A stretch of 64,000 nucleotides of DNA from Marsupella aquatica (Eukaryota; Plantae; Marchantiophyta), in the NCBI GenBank assembly GCA_973895155.1, contig OZ316896.1, positions 22,711,722 through 22,775,721 of the forward strand, given 5' to 3'. Shown here piece by piece: positions 11,641 to 22,112 of this stretch. The stretch's first letter is position 1. Every line of letters starts with the position of its first letter. The notes beneath the pieces were generated by a model, which was not told the DNA's origin, did not search any database, and was given only the letters and a program-made list of their open reading frames with translations. The translations under genes were made by a program, and so were the position numbers.

Positions 11641-11739
11641 TTTTTAGTTTGCGAACAATTTGCGAAGCTCACAAACTCTCACCGGACTCGCAATTTATAT
11701 GAAGCTTCTCGTTTCTCAATATTTCCATACTACACTAAT

Positions 11740-12988
11740 TCTAGTTGTGATTATTGGATTGGGTAGTGAGGAACTTCGTGATGCCCTTTGGTCATTGGGC
11801 AAGCTTTTGAGATGGGTATGTCAGAAGGAGGTATAGGAGGATGAAACTGCTGCAATGGAGACATTTGGAGTAGAGGTTGTGTGCAAGTTGGAGAAGGCAC
11901 TCCCTCCCTCATTTTTTGATGGTCAGGTTCATTTTCTCATACATTTAGTGTGTGAGGTTGCAATTGCAGGCCCAGTGCATTGTCGATGGATGTATTGGGT
12001 AGACCGTTATATGGGAGTGATAAAATCGTATGTCTCTAATCGTGCTAGGGTGGAAGGTAGCATTGCAGAGCGTCATCTTGGAGCAGAGAGTATGTTTTAT
12101 TGTACAAACATAGTTGCCACACTAGATCCAAATGCTCCTAGGGGATGGATAGATGAGGCGGCACGAGAGGAGGACTACGAGGATGATAGACTCACTGGGG
12201 CATCAAAAGAGCATCTCTTAAGCTTAGCGAAGCGTTTGCAACTCACAACATTTATGTTGTACAACTCACCAGAGGTTGTAGGGGAGTGGACATCGTTTTA
12301 TGAGGAGGAGAAGCAAAATAGTCGACGACCACGGATATTTCCTAAGTTTCACCCATACATGAAGTCAAAGTTGTTAGAAGTGGATGCCTTGGTGGGTACA
12401 GGGGAGAGTGTATTGCATTATCCAGAGGTGACTGATAAGCTTCGTACCCTTGTTCATGGTCCACTACTTATAGTCACAACTTGGACTGCCATGTGGTCCA
12501 AGGGAAAACACTTTCGTGTGGAACGACTTGATGAGAAGAGGGCAGCTACACAAGATTGTGGGGTCATGGGTTGGTTCACCCAGGATTCACAGAGCAGCAC
12601 ATCGGACAGGAATCCCATTTGGTCCACTATCGCTCATTATGGAAAGATTGAGGAGATCCTAACTGTGAAGTACCATGCACATACTACTTTGGAGGAAGTG
12701 GTATTGAAGTGCAAATGGTTCAAGATGAATCTTGTGGGCCACAATCGTACATGTGAAGATGATGCATGCAGATTTACTCGGTTGAAGACAAGTGTTATCA
12801 GCTCAAATTAGAGGTCTTCAGATCCGATTGCATTCCCACATCACCTTGAGCAATGTTTTTATCTACCTTATCCGGATGACTCAAATTGGTCTATTGTGAT
12901 GCCATATATCCCTCGATCACGATCTATAGTCCAGGATAGACCCAACGTAGTTGTAGTGGAAGATGATGACATCCCCTCCACCACTTAG
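11740..12988 (+). pseudogene. 5'-truncated CACTA transposase of a sister family (family B)
   Basis: Homologous to 9680-11182 (IIGLGSEELRDALWSLG, PPSFFDGQVH, GPVHCRWMY, LEQCFYLPYP); in-frame TAG stops near 11834 and at 12809. Confidence 0.9.
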
Positions 12989-13159
12989 CTAGTAAGTAGC
13001 AACTATAGCTAGCCCCTACCATATTTGTGTTTATTTTCCCGACATTATATATTTCTCGGCACTATATTTGTTTCTCAATGTCCACTCTTGCATAAAACAT
13101 ATTCCATAAAGTATCTCTAATACTTCTCTCAAACCCACTCAACTAAGAACCTCAAGATA

Positions 13160-13712
13160 ACCAGTGTCCAATGGTCTATCCGATGAAACTTGCATCGGAT
13201 ATGCATCGAAGCACAAAAGGCTCAATCGCAGAAATTGTCCGATATCGCAACTATCGGAACACTCACATCCAATATTGGAAACATCGGACCCCTCGTCCAA
13301 TGTTCCAACAGATTGGTCCGATATTGACCGCTTCGGAAATGTTTCCGATTCTTTACCTTACGCAATTTATGTCCGTAGTATTCTATTACGAAAACCATGT
13401 CCGTTGGAATAAACATTGGACAATATCTGATGTTGTCTATAACGCACATTGTATCTGATAACCTGAAGATCGGACCCTTGACAATACTTTTCCGGTCAAA
13501 TGTCCGATTCATTTAGTTTCGGAAACGTTCCGATGTAACCGATATGGGATATTGGTTGCGTTAGGGAACACATCGGACTAACTAAATCCGATGCGATGCA
13601 CATCGGACATTACGAAGATTTTTGTATCGGACAACGTCCGATTCTCTCGGGTTCGGACATGACAAAATAGTCGCATTTTGAGTATCGGAAAGTCGTCAAA
13701 AATGTACTAGTG
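13160..13712 (+). mobile_element. Right terminus of family-B CACTA with a TCCGAT/ATCGGA subterminal motif field
   Basis: Ends ...GTCAAAAATGTACTAGTG at 13712 (reverse complement CACTAGTACAT); dense TCCGA/TCGGA motifs. Confidence 0.85.
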
Positions 13713-14109
13713 AAATATTAGGGTCTTTTAAATCAAATTTCAAAGGCATCAAGTGTTCAGTTAAATGGGATTTTAAAACCAGTTTTTAAAAATAAATAAA
13801 TCTTTGAAAACCCACAAAAGAGTCAGTCACAATATTTGAACTGTAGACCTATAAGTCTCAACTCAAGTGAGCTACTAGCTACTACATAGCCATGTCTCTC
13901 TGGGCTTAAAACCTGTGCATGGGAGTCATGTATATGCACTTCTTACATGTATGTGCATGTTGCATTTTCCAATTATTTAGTGCATGTGAAATCATTTATG
14001 CACTACTGCAAATGTCTTTTCAGGTCATATGCATGGGACTCCTCATATCCTAAATCCTCAATTGCGCCATTCAATTGCATAAGTGCATGAAACTATCATG
14101 TGTGGCTGT

Positions 14110-16101
14110 CACTAGTACATATTTAGCTGATTTCTGATGCTCAATTTTTGCAAACAATTGGCATCCGATTCTTTTAGAATCAGAAATTCCCATTATCACA
14201 AAATGGCAATATGCCATACTCTCGGCTTCGGATATCTTCATTTCCGATGTAATTAGCAACGGAAACTTTCCGATGCAGTAAGAAATGGATCATATCCGTT
14301 ACAAAATACATTGGATCCCCTAACAAACAATTTTGATTGATGTGTCCGATGTTTTTTGTAACGGAAATGATGTGCGTTTCAATATTGATCGGAAAAGTTC
14401 CGTAGTTGATAAGAACGGATATGATATTCGATTGTGGTAAAATGGCAAAGTCCGATGTTGAGAGAATGGGAAAGTCCGATGCTGAGAGAATGGGAAAGTC
14501 CGATGCTAGGAGAATGGGAAAGTCCGATGCTAGTAGAATGGGAAAGTCCGATGCTGGGAGAATGGGAAATTTTCATTTTGGCAAAACGACAAATTCCTAT
14601 TGTGTTAGATGGGGCATGTAGTTGCACCAACATACTCTTCCTAGAAAAGAGGATACAATCATTCTTGCATGTTGAATGACTTCAAACTTGAGGCAAAGGG
14701 ACTTAATTGAATGTTGTTATTGCCTCCTTCCAAGACCCCAAAATATTGTTCCCTTTTGGCAATATTTGCTCAACATGCAAAATCAAAAATTTATCATCTA
14801 AAAGGAGATTGCTTGTCCCATGTAGTCTTTGTTGCAAGTCCAACAACAACATAGTTGATGAAAGATGAGACAATTGGGAGCTGCCCTTGACGCCAAGGCT
14901 TTGGAAGGACCAAAATATTAATCTTCCATAACTAATAAAATATAATGATCTCATGTCAAGTCGGATGGAGGAGGGCTTTACTATTCACAAATGACCCCAA
15001 ATTTCTATTGATTGTTCCAAGGGAATGTAAGAGGGTAATCGTAATTATAGATCACTCGATGCAAACATGATGCAATATCATGATAGAGCAAAATTGGGAT
15101 TTATTAGTCTAATGCCACACTTTTGTGGCATAATCACTACATTGCCACTCTTTTTCTTGTATTTATCAGTCTGCCACTCGTTTGAGTCATCGGTTAAGAA
15201 AAGTAACTCAGGTTAACTACCTAAGATCCGATGTTTGAGATTTCTTTTGGTCTTCCCATTGGACGGTCGTCGCTTCCCTCACAATTACATTTTGAACCCT
15301 CAGTATAGTTTGCAGAGGGGTGGGTCGGCTAATCCATTTCTCCTCCCGTCCATTTCTCTGTCACCATAGTCAAGGCGCACTGGCTGCGTCTTTGCTCCAC
15401 CTTTGCCACTATCGTTGCGTCCTCATTTCCCCGGCCCGGGCTGTGTTGTTGTTGACCCTAGCTGCCTCTAGCTTGGCTGGGGCTGCATCGCTGCATGTTG
15501 CTTGTCGGCCTCTCCCGACTCTGCCCAACTTAGGTCCATTTAGGGTTTAGGGTTTAGGGATCTTAATAAATTTAGAAGTGTATAAAATCCCTAAACACTC
15601 CAAGTCAAACAATAAAAGTGTTAAGCTTGCATGTACATTGTGAGGGATAAGAACCACAAAGTTAAGCTCATGTTGGAGGAATAGCAATTGGGATGGGTGA
15701 CCACTTAGTTGAGGAATGAAGAGTTGAAATATCAAAGGAGATGGGCACCTCGCTCATGGTTGCAAAATGAAAGTAAATATACAAAGGAAGAGATGGGTGA
15801 CCTGAGCACCCCGCGTCTGCTCCAATGTGTATCCCATTTTCATTGTTTTAAACTTTCCCATTCTCCCAACATCGGACTTTCCCATTCTCCCAACATCGGA
15901 CTTTCCCATTCTCTTAGCATCGGACTTTCTCATTCTTTCAGCATCGGACTTTCCGATATAAGTCCGATTGTCGATATCCGATACTTTTATCATGGCATGT
16001 TACGATGCCGGCAGAATCGGATGTATGGTTTTTTCATATTTTGTTTTACAAAGACGTCCGATGTGGAGAGAATCGGAAAAAGGAGGTAAAATGTACTAGT
16101 G
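14110..16101 (-). mobile_element. Complete non-autonomous CACTA (family B deletion derivative)
   Basis: TIRs CACTAGTACAT/ATGTACTAGTG; 3-bp TSD TGT (14107-14109, 16102-16104); 24-bp subterminal tandem repeats in inverted orientation at 14441-14570 and 15852-15958; decayed transposase N-terminus on the minus strand at ~14600-14900 (QLSHLSS..LQQR..SWKEA..CKNDCILF). Confidence 0.92.
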
Positions 16102-16284
16102 TGTCCAAATGAATGCACTTATCAATAAATGCTTCTTACAAGAATGAATATGTTGGCTTTAGGTTTACTTGTTTGAATGGTCCTAGGTTCAATCCTGGGT
16201 ATGATGCAGTGGGGACAAAATATAAAGAATATACCATAGTGAGTTGGGACACATGCCCCATGGATATGATGCTCGAGGGAGAAT

Positions 16285-17020
16285 ATATATCACACTGCCA
16301 AAACAAAATGCTCCAAAACTCTTAGATATGATGCAACTTGGATGATATATATATATATACCAGACTGCCAAAGAACAAAATGCTTCAAACTTGTCCATAG
16401 AATGCAACTAGGACACTATTTATCACACTGCCAAAGAACAATGCTTTAAACTCCTCAAGAACATAATGCTCCAAGCAAAATGCTCCAAACTGCTAGAACA
16501 AAATGACACACTCGCTGCCAAAGAACAAAATGCTTCAAAGTGCCGTAGAAGAGAATGCAAAATGACAAAGACTGCCAAACGACAAAGAATGCTCCAAAGT
16601 GCCATAGAACACAATGCTCCAAAATGCTCCAAAATGCTCCAAAATGCTCCAAAATGTCCGAAGAACAAAATGTTCCAACCCTGGATGAGCCAAGGAACAA
16701 AATGCTTAAAACGGGAAGATCCAGTAAAAGGTACCCAATAAAGGTGACAGATCCCCATGCCCCACGGGTATGATATATGTATTACATACATTGCCAAAGA
16801 TAACATAGTATATATCACGTGGGATCTCACCATAGTATATAATTACATATCATGAAATTATAATATATATATCACACTGCTAGAGAACAAAATGATACAA
16901 AAAAATATGAACCAGATAATCTACCAAAAAGCAAAAGGCTGCTAGTAAAAAGTACCCAATAAAGGTCCAATGAAGGTGATGCAGACTATCACATTGCCAA
17001 AGAACAAAATGCTCCAAACA
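16285..17020 (+). repeat. Dispersed/tandem repeat field (CACACTGCCAAAGAACAAAATGCT and AAAATGCTCC units)
   Basis: Motif recurs many times; a shorter related field lies at ~33970-34145 upstream of the second P450. Confidence 0.7.
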
Positions 17021-18681
17021 AGTAATTTGTTAGAGGACCCCTTGGTTATGTAAGCTTGTTTTATTGAACTATTTGGAATTATGAAGAGTTGCACATTAAA
17101 ATAGATAGATAAGAAGACAAAGTTTAAATGGAGGATTCTAAATGAAGTGAATTTTAAAGGTAGTTAGGACAATTTCATTGAAGACAAATAGGAGTACATT
17201 CATGGTAATGCCGATGGAGGGTAACTCTCCATGCAAATCTTTTCCCTAAGTAATCACTAAGTTTGTTGACTGAATTATCACAATTTACTTTGCACACTTT
17301 TTGGAGGTATTTGCTTGATGGACTTCCACAATGAAAAGTGTTAGTGGATGGGATTCTTGAGTGATCTGGACCATGATTAACCTCAATAGACCTTAACTCA
17401 ACGTACTCAAAACCTGATGGGTTGATTGAGGGGAAAAGTTTGGTTTGGGTTCTATCAAACAAATCTTTTGCACTTTTTCAGTAGATCTGTTCTTTTCTGC
17501 ATACCTGGCAGACAAATAATATGTATACTCGTGACTGAGCTTTAAAAACACATCACCCTTAAAAAGCTAAGGGTTAGCTATGCTACCATTAAAAGTAATT
17601 TTCCCCTAAATTTAGTTTCCATTTGAAGTACTTTTTTTCCTGAAACCGGTAAAGAAAGTGGCAAAGTAGGTGAGAAATGTGAGTGGAATGCTGGAAAAAT
17701 AAATGGCCAGTGGTGATTTAAGTATTCACTCAGGGTACCGGGTAAGCCCATTTCCTGGATTGGATAGGATGATGGGCTGTAATCCACTTGATAGCTTGTG
17801 CTGGAGAAACACTCCAAGGCATGAATTCACCAGAATTATTAAAAACATTAATCAGTTGACCAGAATGCTCCCCGTTCTGGAGAAAGTATCCTAGGCATCA
17901 ATTGACCAGAATGTTTCCTGACATGGCCTACTGAATTAAATTAGTCATTTCCACATTGGACGTGCACGCGAAGAGAGCATCCCCAACAACTCGTCACCGA
18001 GATGGATTTCTCGACTTGGGAACATCGCAAGGTCAAGGTGGAGCTCCAAGAGCCGGCTCTCCACATCGCAACCATTCGAGCTAAAAAGGTATCTCCAAAA
18101 CTTCGCGTCAGTACATGGAAGATGAACCGAATTGTTGTAATTGTGTATCTCGTAAGAACACTACAGAACAGCTTAGGAAGATGCCTGTCCTTCCGGACAA
18201 GTGTTCACTCAATTCACACTAAAAGCACAACACACAGGTTCACTAGTACCACCTCGAGTGCAACTATACTTCCAAGACTCCTGTAATTTACTTGGGAATG
18301 ATCCATTCACGATCATCTATTTCTGAAGAGAATGCATTGTTTTGTCTAGTCTGCGTTCTTGGACTAATTCTCAGGGTTTCCTTCTTCAGGGTAGTCTAAT
18401 TTTATTAAGTATGTCACTTCCGGCAATGAATATCAAGACTTCATCGAAATATAGTTTCCTGCCGTTACTGATTGAGTCCTTTCATCATGCACTCGGCATT
18501 GAACAAAGAACATACTGATTTATGAATTGGGTGTCCAATTGATTCGATGAAGCGATGAAGTGTACGTTGGAAGAAAGCGCAGGAGCTACGCACATACCTG
18601 AGGGTGGAGATCGACCGTCTGTCTTCACCAAGTTAGGAGCAAGGCTTCCAGACACTCTCACTCTCTTGGACATCCTTTAAG

Positions 18682-20202
18682 ATGGCGATAACGATGGCAA
18701 CTGCCATAATCGTGGGCTTCATTTCCTTGTTGTTGCTGTTCTGGAGGAGCATCTTGCTGCGACCATCACTGAGATTGCCTCCTGGGCCACGACCACTGCC
18801 CATCGTGGGCAATTTGCTGATGATGAGGAAGTATCCATCAACCGCGGACTTCGCCAACGAGCTGAGACGCAAGTACGGTCCGATAGTAACTCTATGGATC
18901 TTCTCCACACCAATGGTTATCATCTCCGAGCCCAAGGTCATTCAGGAAGCGATGATCACGCACGGCAGCGTCTTCATGGAAAGAGCTCAGCTCAAGTCAA
19001 GGAAACTCATTCTGCATGATTACAGAGGCGTCACTTTTTCTCACGGTGAGCGACATAGATTCCTCCGCAAGATATTGGTCACCGAGGTGTTGAGCAACAA
19101 GAGAGTGGCGGGATTCAGACCCATCCGCGAGCAAGAGATAGGCATCCTGGTCGACAATTTGAAGAAGCAGGCTCTCGGTAAAGATGATAACAAGGGGCCG
19201 GGACTTGTCCCTAATTTTCGTGCATTGATCCGTTTGACCGTCTCCAACTTCTTAGTAGGAATTCTCTTCGGGAGGAGATTGACTTCAGAGGAGTATGTCG
19301 ACCTGGATGAGGAAATGATCTTGCGCTTCCAACTAGCGACTGGGAAGCCTCGGGACTTCATTCCCTGGCTGGCCTGGCTGCCGGACAAGAAAGGCATCGA
19401 GGTCCAGCGGAAATCGCTGAGGAGAATTTCTCGGATCTTAGAACCGCTCATCGGGGAGAGGAGGCAACTCCTAAAATTAGGGGAGACACATCATCAAGCC
19501 CCATACGTAGACACTCTATTGGAGCTGCGAAATGGGAATATCAAGAGCCCAGTCGAGATCACTGATGCAGATATTGAGTTGCTATCAATCGAACTTCTCA
19601 CTGCAGGAACCGATACCACTGCACTGAACTTGGAATATAGCATTGCAAATCTCATCAACAATCCGGAGATGCAAGAGAAGTTGGCCCGGGAGATTTCTGC
19701 CGTTGTAGGTGAGAGAGTGGTGAACGAGGGCGACATACCTCACCTGCCCTTCTTGCAAGCAGTGGTCAAAGAGGCTTTGAGAAGACATAGCCCGGCAAGA
19801 TTGACACCACCCCGACGAACTTCGTCAGCTACCAAAGTTGCCGGCTATGACATACCAGTGAATACAATGGTTCAGCAGCATCTGGAAGCTGTGTCCCTGA
19901 ACCCTCAAATCTGGGAGAACCCTCTCGAGTTCAGGCCTGAGCGCCATCTCAACAGGCCTCTCGACCTCACTGGCTCTACCGAAATCACCATGATCCCGTT
20001 TGGGGTGGGTCGTCGAATATGCCCAGCCATAAATATCGGACTTTTGCATGCAGAATTGATTTTAGCTCGGCTGATTCAAACATTCGAGTGGAAATCTGCC
20101 ACCCCAGGCGAGCTTCTGGATGTCACCCCTGGTGGTGAGTTCACGAGTCCCATGAAGTATCCGCTTGTGGCATCCATACAGGAGCGTTTGAAGGTGTCTT
20201 GA
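18682..20202 (+). CDS. Cytochrome P450, clan 71, CYP77/CYP89-like, intronless, 506 aa
   Basis: N-terminal TM helix, LPPGPRPLP hinge, AGTDTT I-helix, EALR (ExxR), PERH, heme motif FGVGRRICPA; the DLTGS.EITMIPFG context resembles CYP77/89. Confidence 0.93.
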   Translation: MAITMATAIIVGFISLLLLFWRSILLRPSLRLPPGPRPLPIVGNLLMMRKYPSTADFANELRRKYGPIVTLWIFSTPMVIISEPKVIQEAMITHGSVFMERAQLKSRKLILHDYRGVTFSHGERHRFLRKILVTEVLSNKRVAGFRPIREQEIGILVDNLKKQALGKDDNKGPGLVPNFRALIRLTVSNFLVGILFGRRLTSEEYVDLDEEMILRFQLATGKPRDFIPWLAWLPDKKGIEVQRKSLRRISRILEPLIGERRQLLKLGETHHQAPYVDTLLELRNGNIKSPVEITDADIELLSIELLTAGTDTTALNLEYSIANLINNPEMQEKLAREISAVVGERVVNEGDIPHLPFLQAVVKEALRRHSPARLTPPRRTSSATKVAGYDIPVNTMVQQHLEAVSLNPQIWENPLEFRPERHLNRPLDLTGSTEITMIPFGVGRRICPAINIGLLHAELILARLIQTFEWKSATPGELLDVTPGGEFTSPMKYPLVASIQERLKVS

Positions 20203-22112
20203 GTTTCCACAAGACTTGCAGTGCACATTAGGAATTCTGTAAAGGGATTGCCACCTTTTCATAGGTTCTTTCAGTAAAAGCACAGGGTTGAGGGTCTCCT
20301 GAGTTTCTATAAACCGTCCACTGCACATTTGGATCACAATAGAGTATTGCCACCGTTGATAGGTTTTTTTAGTACAAGGATCAATGTGCTAGCATTGTGT
20401 GATATTAATTGCATTAGAAAACTTATGTTCCAGGCTTCTGTCGAGACATAAGCCTCTAGACGGGGACTGGGGGTAGAGGTTTCTCCGAGCTCAGGACTTT
20501 CAAGGAGAAGAGTCGAAAACAATTCAGAACCCGGTAATAAGACATGTACAAAAGGGAAACGAGATTGGAAGGACCAACAGTATCCTAAGGTGGAAGTTAA
20601 CTTCCCCTTCCTGACAACTTTATTCGTATGGGGGCTTGATGACTTCAGTGTTGCTTAAGAAGATCAGTAAAAGTATCTCGGACCGGACTCAATTTTCCTC
20701 AACTTGCAAGGTCCACGGGTACTGAGACTCTAGGAGTGAGGGCAGAATATAGGTGCTGGTATCCTTTCTTCCAGCTATGCTGATAAGTTGTGAGTCTGCG
20801 TTGGGAATGTTCCGACGTTGCGATAGACGGAGAAAGATAACTAAGGAGGAGTCGTGACAGAGGATAAATGGTTACCTGGCTTTTTGTGTCCGTTTTATCA
20901 TGTGTATTCAAAAGAACACCGACATTACCTCTACTTCTCGAGAAGCCAGGGATGAAACAGACGAGAATTCAGCCAGAGAGAATTCGTCTTTTTCATCGTC
21001 TGGCACCCAGGTCGTACACCCAGGTGCTTGGATGAAGCAGACATGTCTAAGTAATGAAGATCAGGCAGAGTTTTATCGTTTATAACAATTATTATTGTAA
21101 ACCCAGCCACGGAGAATTATTCTTCGTCATCTCACATGATTTTGTCTTGGTGCAGCTCAAGCCTCCGCTCGAAGGGGACTCTGGATTCTGGATCTGGAAA
21201 CATCATGAAGGATCACCTGCTTGGTGTAGTTTTCGTGTTAGCCAAGTGTTTCCCCTGCTATTTCTATTTCTCATAAAAATAGAAACAGGGTGTCTCTCAA
21301 AGCTATTTCTATTTCTCATAAAAATAGAAACAGGGTGTCTCTCAAAGCCTGGCCTTAACAAGATAAGTCCAGCCTGGCCTTAACAAGATAAGTTCCTTCC
21401 ATAACTCCACTAGTACGGGAACTTCCATAAAAACTATGGGAACATATATTCAGCTCCGTAAGGAAAGCCTGCGGGCTCAACACTTAACCCATAACTTTCT
21501 CGCAACTTCAGGCAGAAATCCAGAAATCCAGAAATCCAGGACTTTGGAATTCCGGATTACTCAGTACCGGGCCCATTACTCATTACCCGGCCCATTACTC
21601 CGCAGCAAAATCAACTAAAACAATCAAGGGAGCCCCATTTCAAAGACAAACTCTTCATTTGAGCAATGGAGTGTTCCAATACACAGATAGAAAGGCATTG
21701 GAACACCTTTAATAGCTAGGGAACAAATGTACTTCATGCACCCTGGATGATTAGAACATCAACAAAACTTACACCTGAAGAATAAAGCCTTAAGGAGGCC
21801 ACACTACTTGTCAATCAACGGCAGCACAAATCCAGAGCAAGACTTGACAAACGCGAATTTTCCGGTGAATTGCTCTCTTTTCATGGAGTTTTGACCCTAA
21901 ATAGTCTTAGCCCAAACCCACCAAAATCAGTTTTAATCTCTACTCAAACCGCTTAGCCCAATTCACAATGCTGATGCACATTAATGCATAATCCCGTACC
22001 ACTAGGGAGACTGCTGCCTATGACTGTTTCCCGACCTTGATGTTAATTGATATAAGTAGGAGGTGCAAATGAGAGGAAATGTGGAGTAGACGCTGGAGTA
22101 CTAGAGTAGGTC

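Larger units (their letters stand above)
2411..11740 (+). mobile_element. Large CACTA/EnSpm element (family A) carrying transposase, TnpA-like and SET genes; right end missing
   Basis: CACTACAACA terminus at 2411 followed by a TTGCGA motif field (2430-2850); internal genes as listed; the motif resumes at 11649-11692 and then breaks into a different transposase at ~11740. Confidence 0.85.

Noticed and set aside
1233-13712. A single CACTA element from 1233 to 13712
   Set aside because: TIRs and subterminal motifs differ, the TSDs do not match, and the 1233 fragment is closed by its own TTG at 1513-1515
14379-14679. Periodic 8-aa ORFs (RMGKSDAE)
   Set aside because: Translation artefact of the 24-bp subterminal repeats
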